From: an uncultured Acidobacteriota bacterium | GTDB lineage: Bacteria > Acidobacteriota > UBA6911 | Assembly: GCA_963809485.1 (NCBI GenBank) | Contig: CAWEJX010000020.1 | Coordinates: forward strand, 1,024,001-1,088,000 | Length of the DNA: 64,000 nucleotides | Direction of reading: 5' to 3' | Shown: piece after piece, positions 19,056 through 30,612 of the stretch | How positions within the stretch are numbered: the stretch's first letter is position 1 | How the letters are laid out: the number at the start of each line of letters is the position of its first letter | The notes under the pieces: generated by a model | The model's input: the letters and a program-made list of their open reading frames with translations, nothing else | Told to the model about the DNA's origin: nothing | The model's database searches: none | Translations under genes and position numbers: made by a program

Positions 19056-19398
19056 TTACGGGACCCAAAGGGACGTTTGCGGCACAGGCGGCGGGAGGGG
19101 AATGCAAAAGGCGCTCCGACGGCTTGAAACATGGAAGGGCCATGAAGATGGCGCAATGCACTCAATGCCGGCAAAACAGGTGAACTGGGCCAGGTCTTCC
19201 GTCCAGTCGCCGTAAACGATGACGAGGTGGTGCTCCAAGCCTTGATCCAGCATGCATTCCAGGAAGCGCAATGCAGAAGGTTCCACCCGCACCGTTGCGA
19301 CGGTCCCGCGGGCAGGGGAATCCGTCGGGATGGTTTCGCCGCGGCCCATAAATAATCGAACGCGGTCCCCATCGGGTCGAAGGAGCTTTTCGATTGTG
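19056..19398 (-). pseudogene. C-terminal fragment of an L-fucose/L-arabinose isomerase-like protein, truncated by the IS1-like element
   Basis: ...GLEHHLVIVYGD...; the upstream part is replaced by the IS end at 19399. Confidence 0.65.
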
Positions 19399-19418
19399 GG
19401 TGCTTCCGCCGTCGACTC

Positions 19419-21762
19419 CAGGGCTCCGTCATAGTTACTCTAACTGATCTAAGATCAATAATTTGTTGAACCCTCTGGGAATTTTGTTTCGATTCTGATA
19501 CTGTGATGCCATGGTCCGGCTCGCACATGGTAAGAATCCTGTCCCAAGCACAGTCATTTTTCACTGTGCCTCTCGCAAGATCACGAAAGAGGATGTGCTG
19601 CAGATTCGACAGCTGATCGCCAGTCATCGCGATTGGAACCGGCAAAAACTTTCGGTGCAACTATGCAAATTGTGGAACTGGCGAAGGTCCGACGGAGCTC
19701 TGAACCATCGAACCTGCCGCGACCTGCTTGCGCGCCTGGAACGACAAGGACAGATCGAGCTGCCCGGCCGGAGGCGGAAGTACACGCGTAAGAAACTGCC
19801 GGACGTCATCCCGGAGCCTGCGCTGGAAATTCCTGCCGATGTCCATTTGGATCGGCTGCAGGTGCGTCCGATCACGCTCCAGGAACGACAGCGATGGTGC
19901 CAGTTGATGCGCCAGCACTACCTGGGATTTAAGAGCGTCGTTGGCGAATCGATCTGCTATGTAGCCACGATCGACGACCAATGGGTGGCGCTGCTGGCTT
20001 GGGGCATGGCGGCAATGAAGAACCGTCATCGTGAAGCTTGGATTGGCTGGGACGAGGCTTTGAAGTGGCGTCGGCTTCACTTGGTTGCCAACAACGTTCG
20101 TTTTTGGGTTCTTCCTGGAGCCCACATCAAAAACTTGGCTTCCAAGGTTCTGTCGCTCAACCTACGCCGCCTCAGTTCTGACTGGCAAGAGCGTTACGGG
20201 CATCCGATTTTGCTTGCTGAGACCTTTGTGGATCTCTCGCGGTTCAAGGCGACCTGCTACCGCGCGGCTGGCTGGATTCCATTGGGAGAGACTCGAGGAT
20301 TTGCCAGATCCGGCAACGGGTATTCTTCCCATGGGCAGCCAAAGATGTTGTTCGTGCGTCCGCTGCATCCCGATACGCAGAGAATGCTGGCAGCAGCATT
20401 CTCCCCTCCGGTGGTAGCAAATCGAAAGGAGAAGATTCCAGTGTTCGACGTCCATCGGCTTCCTATTGAAGGGGAGGATGGCCTCCTGGATGTGTTGAGA
20501 ACGGTTGTGGATCCCCGCAAGCGCCGGGGCATACGGCATCCGCTGATTAGTATCCTGGCCATTGCAGTATGTGCTTGCCTTTCTGGGGCGCGGAGTTTCG
20601 AGGCCATCGCCGAGTGGGCGAGCGAACTATCTCGGGACGCGCTCAAACGTCTGGGAGGCAAGCGCAGCAAGGCTCCCTCGGAAAAATGCTTTCGCATAAC
20701 CTTGCAGCGCCTGGATGCTGCTGGATTCGACGCCGCGATCTGCAGTTGGCTGGCGCGGCAGAAGGTTTTCGCAGGCGAAGGCATCGCATTGGACGGCAAG
20801 ACGCTCCGTGGCGCCCATGATGGAGACAAGCCGGCTCCCCACCTGCTCAGTGCCGTGCTTCATCGGGAGGGAGTCATCGTGGCCCAGGTAGCCGTCGGGG
20901 AGAAGACCAACGAAATTCCCCGCGTTAAGCCGTTGCTGGCAGAGTTGAACATCGAAGGTGCCGTGGTTACGGCGGATGCAATGCATACTCAGAAAGAAAC
21001 CGCCCGCTTCTTGGTGGAAGACAAAAAGGCCGATTATGTATTTACGGTCAAAGACAACCAACCCACTCTCCTGCAGGACATCGTAGACCTCGGACTCGAG
21101 GCTCTCCCCCCCTCAGCACATTGATGTGACCAAAGGGCATGGCCGTATTGAGACCCGCAGTATTCGGACCAGCACGGAACTGAACGGCTACATCGATTTC
21201 CCTTATGCCGGACAAGTTTTTTTCCTGCATCGGTTCACGACCGACCTCAAAGGGAACGAACTCCGGTCGGAATTATCCTATGGAATCAGTAGCCTCTCCC
21301 CTGAAGAGGCTGGGCCTGCACGGCTGCTTGAACTCAACCGTATGCACTGGTCGATCGAAAATGGCATTCACTGGGTCCGTGATGTGACTTTCGATGAAGA
21401 CCGCTCGCGAGTTCGCAAGAATGGAGGCCCTCAAGTGATGGCAACCTTACGCAACCTGGTAATCAGCGTGCTGCGCATGGCAGGAACGAGGTACATCGCG
21501 AAAGGACTCCGGCGCTGCTCGTGGGATAGAAACCGAACCTTTCGGCTTATCGGCCTTACCAGCGCCTAACCACGTTTCTTCCCAGTCCACCCCGAATAAC
21601 TCGATTATCCGGTATGCGGAAGTGTGTGCACGAAGTGCCTATGAAATGGCGTTTTGGCGATTTTGTCGGCCCGATGTGAGCTGATCAGGAGAAATCAATG
21701 CTCGAAATCGACCAAGGTTGCCCAGGGGGGGCCAGCCTCCCCGCGACTTTGCCGTAGCCTTG
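19419..21762 (+). mobile_element. ISAs1-family element with DUF4338 domain
   Basis: Ends CAGGGCT...AGCCTTG; flanking duplication CCGTCGACT(C/G) at 19409-19418 and 21763-21772. Confidence 0.88.
19511..21569 (+). CDS. DUF4338(DruA-like)-ISAs1 transposase fusion, split by a frameshift at a C-run near 21106-21112
   Basis: NNVRF..LP...KNLAS, ETFVD; DPR, ALDGKTLRG, NEIP, TADAMHTQ, VKDNQP; second frame carries GHGRIETR and HWSIEN.HWVRDVTFDED. Confidence 0.88.
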
Positions 21763-21861
21763 CCGTCGACTGTTGGCAGCGCGACCGTAACTCCCACACA
21801 TGATATAGTTTGAGACTCAATTCCATGCAATCAGTTCCATCATTGACACGGTTCAAAAACA

Positions 21862-22917
21862 ATGAAGAGTCTCAGCTGCCCAAACAGGGAATGTCCACTG
21901 GCGGGAAAAGCCGCTTTCGGAAACATCATCGGCCACGGATTCTACAAAACCAAGTGGGGGCGTCGTCGTCGATATCGTTGCGGCACTTGCGGCAAAACTT
22001 TCTGCTCCAATTCCGGAACACCCTACCATCGAATCCAACACCGACGTACAACTTTCGATGATGTTGTCAATCTCAGCGTTGAGGGACTGAACAAGTCCGC
22101 GATTGCTCGGGTAAAGCGCATTGCTTGGAATACCGTCAATCGCTGGCTCGAAAAAGCAGCCGCTTCTTGTCACCGTTTCAACGATCAAAAGATAGATAGG
22201 GTCGCCATCTCAGAGCTTCAGGCAGATGAGATTCGTACTTTCATCCGCGGCAAGGAACAGCCGATTTGGATCTTTGCCGCGATTGAGGTCTGGTCCCGGC
22301 TTTGGCCTTCAACAGTCGTTGGAAGACGAAGCTATCGAAACACACTTACCCTCTTTCGAGATATCTCCAGTCGATCCAATCTGGTGCGTGTCCCTCTAAT
22401 TGCCACGGACGGATTTGCTTTTTATGCGAAAGTTGTCCGCCGTGTCTTTGGGCAAGCGTGTTTGTATGGCCAGGTCATTAAAACCCGCAGGAACGATTGT
22501 GTTATCAAAGTTGAGCGAAGAGCCGTGATCGGCGCTGCCTGGCGATTCGAACAGGCATTGCGCGACTCCGAGGATTCCTCGAAGCTGAACACCTCCTTTA
22601 TCGAACGGCTGAATCTGACGATCCGACAGGGCTCGGCGTATCTTTGTCGGCGGACGATATGTCAGGCACGATGGAAGGAACGTCTCGAAGATCATCTCGA
22701 GTTGCTTCGCTGCTATTACAATTTCGTCAGGCCTCACAGGGCGCTGAAATTCGGACGCGAGGTCCGGACACCGGCCATGCAGGCCGGATTGGTCTCCAAA
22801 CGACTCAGCTTCAGGGAGGTATTCATGGCTGATCAGCGGCGAATTCTTTTTGTGATCATTTTTATTTACGTAAAGGCAGCTTTAAGTAGAGTCAGAGAAC
22901 AGAAAATGGCAGCGTAA
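21862..22917 (+). CDS. IS1-family-like transposase (Zn ribbon-HTH-DDE)
   Basis: CPNxxC...CxxC, QADE, TDG, NTSFIERLNLTIR and RTPAMQAGL motifs. Confidence 0.88.
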   Translation: MKSLSCPNRECPLAGKAAFGNIIGHGFYKTKWGRRRRYRCGTCGKTFCSNSGTPYHRIQHRRTTFDDVVNLSVEGLNKSAIARVKRIAWNTVNRWLEKAAASCHRFNDQKIDRVAISELQADEIRTFIRGKEQPIWIFAAIEVWSRLWPSTVVGRRSYRNTLTLFRDISSRSNLVRVPLIATDGFAFYAKVVRRVFGQACLYGQVIKTRRNDCVIKVERRAVIGAAWRFEQALRDSEDSSKLNTSFIERLNLTIRQGSAYLCRRTICQARWKERLEDHLELLRCYYNFVRPHRALKFGREVRTPAMQAGLVSKRLSFREVFMADQRRILFVIIFIYVKAALSRVREQKMAA

Positions 22918-23084
22918 CAACAGTAGATGACGGAAGGACCAGATGTTTTGGAATCTTCCAACAAGTTCGAGTTTTCTTTCACAACAGTAATTCCAGGATT
23001 TTATCCAATGGTTGACCGGGTTCAAGCACACATTTCCCTAAGGATGCTGACTTTTGCGCATCCAGCAAAGCTGTGTATCTATCA

Positions 23085-23228
23085 GAAACCGTCGGCATCA
23101 CGATGGCTGACATCTCCATCTTGAAAAACGGCAAAGCGATCCGGCTGTCAATCCTCGAATCGATATGCAAAGCATTGTAGTGCCAGCCTGAAGATATTTT
23201 GGAATATAATTCTATCGACCGAGGATAA
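23085..23228 (+). pseudogene. XRE/HTH_26 (YozG-like) regulator remnant
   Basis: VGITMADISILKNGKA.IRLSILESICKAL*CQPEDILEY, with an in-frame stop and no start codon. Confidence 0.7.
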
Positions 23229-23556
23229 GTGTTGCTTGAGCGCCTATAGCCAGAAAACAAATATCCAACAGGGTAAATCATTGGATGTCAAAGCGGATAA
23301 TTTGAATTGGTGTTACAATAGCTGAGATCATGGAAGGAATTTTCTGCCTTGCACAAACTGGTCATTGATATGGATCCATGCGATTCGCCTGATGCACATA
23401 GTGTCTTTGTTCCCTGCGGTTGTGGCAGACCGAATGGGAGGACCAGCTCATTACGGCATCATGGGTGACCTGAAGGTTAACCTTTACTGGATAATGTAAA
23501 TCAAAAAACGATTGGACAGCCGATGTTTCGATCATGTTCTCAAAGGAGAGACAGTA

Positions 23557-24623
23557 TGAGGCCAAAAGAAAACAACACGACGCGAAGAGAGTTTGTGAGG
23601 AATGCAACGATCGGCGCAACGGGAATAAGCATCATGGGTACGCTTGCAGCAGCTGGCCAGGAACCTAAAGCTCGTAAGCCTGCACCTACCCAAGGACCTA
23701 GAGGTGTTTTGCCCCATGTTCCGGATGGCACAAAATACGGACACTTGATCAAGAGAATGAATCTCCCGGATAAGCCGAATTACGACCATCCCAAAATGCC
23801 GGGAAATAATGATGCCATGGCATGGCCGAGAGGTGATGAACTGGAGGGAATCAATATCAATCTCTCGTGGGGGCACTATAGCCAGGTCGGGCTCTGGCAG
23901 CCCTGGGAACCGGGAGGGCATTACCATCCATCGGGCGATGAATGCCTCATTTTTGTGGGGCTGGACGCCAGCCGTCCGGAATACTTGGGAGCAGAATGCG
24001 AGTTTGATGCGGGGACGGAATATGAAAGATATATATTTCGTGTCCCCACCATATGCTGTTGGCCCAAAAACGTTGTTCACCTCCCCCAGTGGACCTTGAA
24101 GAACGAAAAACCTTTTGCATTCATCGTATGCAGCCTGGAAGGCGGACATGATACCGTAGAATTGCCCAAAAGAAGCGTACTGGAAACGACGGAGGGGACC
24201 AAATACAGGCACCTATATAAGACAATGGTTTTCCGGAAGGACATAAAGGCTAAGACCGGGCCCGGCAATGCAGATGCGCTCGCCTGGCTCATGGGCAAAG
24301 ATCTGGAGAATTTCAATGCTAATTTTGCCTTCGGATACTATAGTGCAACAGGCGATTGGGGAGCCAAGACCCACAAACACGCCAGCGATCAAGTTCTGGC
24401 TTTTGTGGGTCTTGACGATAAAAGGCCAAACTATTTGGGGGCGGAAATCGAGATATCGCTCGGCGAAGAACAGGAAAAGCATATAATCAGTGTCCCGTCA
24501 TTCGTCATATGTAAAGCGGGATTCTCCCATGGCCCGATAGTCACAAAGAAAGTCGACAGACCCTTCGGACTTTATTCGGTTCGTCAGGATAAGGGGGATG
24601 CCTCGGAAACAAATCCGGCGTAG
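23557..24623 (+). CDS. Twin-arginine-leader protein with two tandem cupin-like repeats
   Basis: TRREFV leader; two repeats of H.H..D..L.FVGLD..RP.YLGAE.E...H.P; paralogue at 62734-63744. Confidence 0.8.
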
Positions 24624-25306
24624 GGCATTGTCGTTTTAATTATCGACGGAATGCGGATGGGGCATTTGGGGAGGGAGCGCCGGACCTGGGAACAGAAGTC
24701 CGGCTACCTCCCCGGAATAGGCGGGAGATCACTCAACGATATTAATAGAATGCGCGATCTCCCGCGGACCGCCGGAGCCGAAACTCCGTGATATCTCACC
24801 AACTCCCACTAAAAACCAAAATGGCAGACCGGGCAGCAGGTTGGTTCCAATACGCGTGAACCCATCACAGGTGCGGATCCCATATTGCCACTCCTTAACC
24901 TCGCCCTCGCATCTTCCATTCGGCGCCAATCCGGGTCCAACTCCTGAACCTCTGCTCCTAAAGCTCAGGTGCTTTTCAACCGATCTCCTCGAGTCTGAAC
25001 ACAGCCTCAGAACCAGATTGTCAATTTTTGTTCCATGTTTCAGAATATTGTCGGTTTGTTTATCGGGATTTTTTCCCTGAATACCGGGCCGGCCCGGAAC
25101 AAGGAACCGTGTGAGACGTTCGCCTATTTCCATTTTACATCGTGCGCTCTATTCCGTGAAAGCGCGCGCGTCAGGAATCGGTAGTGCCGACAGGGCTTCC
25201 CCTGGAGTGTCCGCGAGTGCGCATTTGCGCACCCGGAACCAGTGTCGATGGCTGACGCGGATGAAGTGTTCTTGATTCCGTCAAGGTAATGTATCAATAA
25301 TCGGTT

Positions 25307-25615
25307 ATGCATACAGGATTAAGGTGGGGATTTGTCTTCCTGTCGGGGAAGTCAGACCTGTCCGATGACGAAAGGCTCAAACTCGTCGGCGTTGCCGCGG
25401 ATATGTATTTTGGCGGGGCTAAGGAGCGGCAGGTCTCCATGGATGGATACCGAGGACTGGTCTCCACCAAAAGCGAATGGTCGGTTCTCGGATGCTTTTC
25501 CGGCCAGGTGTTCTATGCCGAGATTTGGCCTGAAGACGGCAAAGAAAAAACGAAGCTGAGCTTTCTCATCAGCGAACAAACCTATGGGCTAGGAAGGTCC
25601 TATTCCATGAACTAA
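25307..25615 (+). CDS. Hypothetical protein
   Basis: 102-aa ORF with protein-like composition; no family recognised. Confidence 0.55.
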   Translation: MHTGLRWGFVFLSGKSDLSDDERLKLVGVAADMYFGGAKERQVSMDGYRGLVSTKSEWSVLGCFSGQVFYAEIWPEDGKEKTKLSFLISEQTYGLGRSYSMN

Positions 25616-25996
25616 GCTCTCCGGATAGAGCCAGATTTCAAAATAGCCGACCTGGTTTGCATCCAATGCTGCGCTTGTCCATAAGGATCCGGGCAATTGC
25701 TCGATACGTCCAACCGTGGCTGCACCGTTCTCTGATAAGCCCGCCGTATGGATCCGGCAGGGAGCGTGCCGGCTTTTCATGGACTTCCGGCATGCGCGCT
25801 GACAATACCCACATTCCTTCGCGAAGCCGTGCATCCGACGGTTCGCGGCGAAGCCGATGAAGGAACCGCAGCCCGCTCTCAGGGTTCAACCTCACAAGTC
25901 TGTCCCTGAAGCCTTCGCCTCGGATTGGGGGCCTCCGCTCTGTGGGGGACGCGGCCGAATTTCGAGTTTTAAGCGAAGAAGCGCGGTGCCAGTTTC

Positions 25997-26170
25997 CTAT
26001 TCGTTCTTGCTCTCCGCAATTTCGATCGCTTCAAGGATTAGCTCTCCGCCGTTCCCAGGAAGCGGTTTCGCTCGCTTGCGGGCTTCCCGCGCATCGCGTT
26101 TCTCGAGAGCATGCGCGTTTCGTTTCTGTTCCTTCAATCTCTTGAGATAAGACGGCCTCTTGGCAGCCAT
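25997..26170 (-). CDS. Small basic protein of the cold-shock cluster
   Basis: MAAKRPSYLKRLKEQKR..., with GAGGAG RBS. Confidence 0.7.
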   Translation of the reverse strand: MAAKRPSYLKRLKEQKRNAHALEKRDAREARKRAKPLPGNGGELILEAIEIAESKNE

Positions 26171-26187
26171 GGTGTTCTCCTCTCTGT

Positions 26188-27420
26188 TTAGTGCCGTACT
26201 CGCGAGCGCCGCCTGAACGGACCCGCACTGATCCTGAAATTCCTGCAGCGGCTCGCGGGCGGGGAATTGGATGGGTGATATGTTTCGAAGCCGTCCGCTG
26301 ACGCGGGAGCAAAACCGGGCAAACATCTCCGTTGAATGGATCTTCCCAGAGTTCTCTCGATTTGCCGCACAATCGGTTCGTCCGCCTGAATCGTGAATGT
26401 GAACGCTTCTCCAGTGCTTTCCGCTCTTCCGGTGCGCCCGATTCTATGAGTGTAGGCATCCACAGTGTCGGGCATATCAAAGTTGATGACATGGGAAATC
26501 TCCGATATGTCGATTCCTCGAGCCGCAATGTCGGTGGCGACCAATATGTCGTATTTCCCTGCCCTGAATCCGTCAATTGCCGATTGCCTGCGGTTCTGCG
26601 CCATATCCCCCTGAAGTTCGGACACCCGATAACCGTTCTTTGACAGGTTGCAGGCGAGCCTGGATGCTCGCCGCTTAGTTCTGGTGAATACTAAAACCCT
26701 TCCGGTAGGGGTTTCCTTCAAGACTGATAAGAGCAGCTGCGGCTTCAGCGCTTCCGAAACCGGATACAGCGCATGCGAAACCGTATTCACCGGCGCGATG
26801 GTTCCGACCTGTACATGAACGGGATCCTTGAGAATACTGTTTGCCAGCCGGCGGATATCGGGCGGCATCGTTGCCGAAAACAGGAGTGTCTGACGCTTGA
26901 CCGGGAGATAAAGGAGTATCCGGCGAATATCCGGAAGAAATCCCATATCACATAGGCGATCGGCCTCATCCATGACGAAAATCTCAATGGAGGAAAGGTC
27001 CACGTCTCCTTGCTCGGCCAAATCGAGAAGACGGCCGGGGCATGCAACAACAATTTCGACGCCACGCTGCAGGTTGCGGATCTGCGCATTCCTGCTCATT
27101 CCGCCATAAATTGTGGCACTGGAAATTCTGCTCTCTCCACAAAGGTCCGCTATGGACTGATGCACCTGCTCGGCCAGCTCCCGGGTGGGTTCTATAATCA
27201 AAACTCGCGGCTTTCGTGACCGTTTGTCATTTAGATGCTGCAGAATGGGGAGGACGAAAGCGGCAGTTTTCCCGGTTCCGGTCTGTGCAAGTCCTAAAAC
27301 GTCCCGGCCCTGCAGCACCAGCGGTATGGCCTCCTTTTGTATTGGGGTGGGGCGGCAGAATCCCGCAGCCCGAATGGCGTCCCTTATATTTGAGGCAAAA
27401 GCAAATTGATCAAAATTCAA
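26188..27420 (-). CDS. rhlE: DEAD-box RNA helicase (RhlE-like)
   Basis: Q motif PTPIQ, AQTGTGKT, PTRELA, DEAD, SAT and HRIGRTGR. Likely TTG start at 27420. Confidence 0.9.
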   Translation of the reverse strand: MNFDQFAFASNIRDAIRAAGFCRPTPIQKEAIPLVLQGRDVLGLAQTGTGKTAAFVLPILQHLNDKRSRKPRVLIIEPTRELAEQVHQSIADLCGESRISSATIYGGMSRNAQIRNLQRGVEIVVACPGRLLDLAEQGDVDLSSIEIFVMDEADRLCDMGFLPDIRRILLYLPVKRQTLLFSATMPPDIRRLANSILKDPVHVQVGTIAPVNTVSHALYPVSEALKPQLLLSVLKETPTGRVLVFTRTKRRASRLACNLSKNGYRVSELQGDMAQNRRQSAIDGFRAGKYDILVATDIAARGIDISEISHVINFDMPDTVDAYTHRIGRTGRAESTGEAFTFTIQADEPIVRQIERTLGRSIQRRCLPGFAPASADGFETYHPSNSPPASRCRNFRISAGPFRRRSRVRH

Positions 27421-27583
27421 CAAACAGATACTCCCTGATGAATGAGCCAAGCCGCACTCTCGACCCAAATTGGATTGCATATTCACTTCACCGGATGCGG
27501 CACGGAATGCGAAGCATGAAAACTACGGCAGGCAGAGAAGAGAAAATAAAAATTCCATTTCTTAACCAAGCAGGTGCAAGCAA

Positions 27584-27904
27584 CTAGAGCGGCCGATTTG
27601 TTTTTCCATGCATCTTCACATTCGGGTGAAAAGCACGATAGTTTGCGATGTCCGACTCGCCGATGGGGATGTCATCCTCAGACTGCCCGGCAGTTGCGTC
27701 CCGGAGATATGCCAATACCTTTTGATAGCATAGATCCGGCGCTTCCTGGACCATCAGCTTCCTGGTTAGAAAAACGGAGTTCTCGATAGTCACGACGAGC
27801 AGCCGCACGGTCTTGTCTGGATTTTCTATCCGGAAGCCATACTCCGAATGCTCCGGTTTGGGAATCGTCCCAAGATATCTCAACTGCGGATAAAGAATCG
27901 CCAT
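27584..27904 (-). CDS. Hypothetical protein (QEAPDLCYQK motif)
   Basis: 106-aa ORF co-oriented within the csp cluster. Confidence 0.65.
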   Translation of the reverse strand: MAILYPQLRYLGTIPKPEHSEYGFRIENPDKTVRLLVVTIENSVFLTRKLMVQEAPDLCYQKVLAYLRDATAGQSEDDIPIGESDIANYRAFHPNVKMHGKTNRPL

Positions 27905-28010
27905 TGGGCTTATGTCCTTTCAAGGCTGTGGACACCCCGAGCCTTTGAACCCTCGAGGCTACTGCTGAAACCGCTATCTAACGGCCGGCTCCCCCGGCAA
28001 TCGGCGTCTG

Positions 28011-28220
28011 TTAGCGGCGTTTTCGCTTCTGAAACTGACTTTTCGATCTGCTGCGATAGGGCGGCTGATTTTGATTGTCTCCCGGCACACTGACATTCGC
28101 CAGCGGGATCCGGTTGCCGCACCGGGAGCAGTGATAGTTGTTGCGTTGCAGAGCCATGACGGGAACGCGTGATTGGGAACCGCACTTGGGGCAGGTTACA
28201 AATGCTTCACCTCGTGCCAT
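28011..28220 (-). CDS. Small zinc-ribbon protein
   Basis: CPKC...CSRC and a basic tail. Confidence 0.7.
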   Translation of the reverse strand: MARGEAFVTCPKCGSQSRVPVMALQRNNYHCSRCGNRIPLANVSVPGDNQNQPPYRSRSKSQFQKRKRR

Positions 28221-28425
28221 ACTTTTATACCTTCTCTCTCACGAGCTTACAGCCGGTCCGAGGAAGCTTCCGTTGCGCTCGGGATAACGGTTGGACTTCA
28301 AAACAACCTTGGTATGACCTTTGGGTGGAGCCTGCACCGCCTGGCACACTTCCCGGGAGGGATCTCCTGATTTGAGAAGTCAGAGGCTCCGGTCATCCGG
28401 AGCCCCATGATAGGATTCAGCCAAT

Positions 28426-28629
28426 CTACAGCTTCATTACATTTTGAGCTTGCAGTCCCTTGGGGCCTTTTGCCGTCTCAAATTCAACGCTGTCGCCTTC
28501 AGCAAGGGACTTGAAGCCGCTACCCTGGATGGCGGAGTGATGGACAAAGACGTCATCACCGGAATTACGGCTGATAAAACCATAGCCTTTTTCGTTGTTA
28601 AACCACTTAACTGTTCCTTGTTCTTTCAT
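28426..28629 (-). CDS. cspA: Cold-shock protein
   Basis: [23 protein letters not shown] motifs. Confidence 0.97.
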   Translation of the reverse strand: MKEQGTVKWFNNEKGYGFISRNSGDDVFVHHSAIQGSGFKSLAEGDSVEFETAKGPKGLQAQNVMKL

Positions 28630-28925
28630 CTGTTTTCCTAAATCTAATGTCCCTCAATTGGGACTTTTTTGTAATTTTGATTTCCGTAATCCTTCGCAGG
28701 TTTATCGAGCATAAAAAAAGCTGCTTTCCCCTTCAGGAGTCTGCAGCGTCCTCAATCAACGAAGTCTTACAAAAACCCTACCGAGCTTTCAAGTATACCC
28801 CATTCCAGTCAGAAACTCTAGGAATTGTTTTGGCAGCCGGTTTCCCAGTGCAGCGGCATCCGCGCCCCAAGCTCAACCGAGGCATCGGCCGGAGGGAGGC
28901 CCGCGGATTCCGAAAGGCTCTCGAT

Positions 28926-30612
28926 TTATCGTTCCTTCATGAAATCCCTCAATATGCGGTTGTGCGATGTATGCCTCAGCTTACTCAGGGCCTTGGCCTC
29001 TATTTGGCGGATTCGTTCGCGAGTGACGGAAAAACGCTGACCGACTTCTTCCAGCGTATGCTCGCTGTCGTCCTCCAAACCGAAGCGCATTTTGAGCACT
29101 TGTTCCTCGCGAGGCGTCAGGGATTTGAGAACCGATTCCGTCTTTTCCTTCAAATTGAATCTTGAGCACGGCTTCCACCGGGGAAACCACGCCACAGTCC
29201 TCAATGAAGTCACCCAGACGGCTATCCCCTTCTTCTCCTATAGGAGTATCCAGACTGATGGGTGCCCGGGCAATCTCCAGAATCTTGCGAATTTTGCTGA
29301 CGGGGACATCCATGTTCCTGGCAATTTCCTCGCTGGTAGGCTCGCGGCCATACTCCTGAACCAGGCTTCGTGAGGTGCGGATCAGCTTATTGATAGCCTC
29401 ATTCATGTGAACAGGGATACGGATGGTTCGCGACTGGTCGGCGATTGCACGGGTGATGGCCTGGCGGATCCACCAGGTGGCATACGTCCCGAATTTGTAG
29501 CCCCGGCGGTACTCAAACTTGTCCACCGCCTTCATGAGCCCGATATTCCCCTCCTGGATTAAATCCAGAAATTGCACCCCTCGATTGTTGTACTTTTTGG
29601 CTATGGAAACTACCAGCCGCAGGTTTGCTTCGACCATCTCTCTTCTTGGCAATATCCGATTCCAACTCTCCCGACTTGATGGTTGCCAGGGTGTGCTTCA
29701 ACTCGGGAAGCGAAGCAAAAGCCTCGTTTTCCAACTGCTTCATCTCACTTTTGAGTTGCCTGATTGCTCCTTTTGATCACCTTGGCATCTTCCAGCCGGC
29801 GCACGGTCTTCAGTCTGCTTTTGAGGTTGCGGATCTCACGTTCATACGCCACAACTTTGCATACAATATCTTTGATAATTCCGACGAATCTCTCATGGTG
29901 AGCATTTCTGAGTTCCAGGTCGCGGACTTTCCATGCAACCGGAATCCGATAGCGGGCCAGCATGGAGAGATGCTTTTTATAAAGCCGGGAACGCTTGCGG
30001 CAGCGGCTGATTTTCAGGCCGATCTTATGGGCTGCCCGTTCATGTTTGCGAATGCTATCAATGATACGAAGCACCGCGGTTCGTCTTTTCTTCCAGGAGA
30101 TCGTCGGTCAACTCGTCGTCGTCAAAGGAGACGACATCGCGAATGGAAATCTGCTTGTTCCTGAGCTGGTCCCCGATGTTGAGAATTTCCCGAAGGACCA
30201 GGGGAGAGCGCGAGAGCGCTTTCAGGATCACATTCTGTCCATGCTCTATTCGCTTGGCGATCACAACTTCGCTTTCTCGGTTGAGTAAGGGGACGGTTGC
30301 CATTTCGCGGAAGTAAAGGCGTGCCGGATCAACTACTTTGTCCAGGGTAAGAGGACTAAACTCAATATTCCCGCCTTTTCCTTTCCTCATCCCTGTCATC
30401 TTTGGTTCCTCATCTGGAACTCCTGCTCGCTATCGATCACCTCGATGCCGGAAGAGCCAAAAAGAGAAAAGATGCTGTCCAGCTCATCGGCGGAGTAAAT
30501 CCCTTCGGGCAACGAGTCGTTAATTTCGTCATAGAGAGAGATAGCCTCTCTCTTTCCCCAAAATCATCAACTCTCTGACTTCGTCGTACCTGTCTTCAAT
30601 CGACAAGACCAA
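28926..30612 (-). pseudogene. rpoD: RpoD (sigma70) paralogue with multiple frameshifts
   Basis: Regions 1.1 (GKERGY), 1.2 (DPARLYFREM), 2 ([31 protein letters not shown]) and 4 ([17 protein letters not shown]) lie in different frames. Confidence 0.9.

Larger units (their letters stand above)
19399..22940 (+). mobile_element. IS1-like element whose left IR contains an ISAs1 insertion
   Basis: IRs GGTGCTTCCGCCGTCGACT (19399) and, reverse-complemented, GGTCCTTCCGTCATCTACT (22940). No flanking duplication seen. Confidence 0.8.

Noticed and set aside
18630-19660. ORFs 18710-19660, 18770-19183 and 18630-18911 as real genes
   Set aside because: They cross IS junctions or lack motifs; at most degraded fragments.
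19511-20420. Druantia defence system
   Set aside because: The DUF4338 domain is part of an ISAs1 transposase, and no druE or other dru genes are present.
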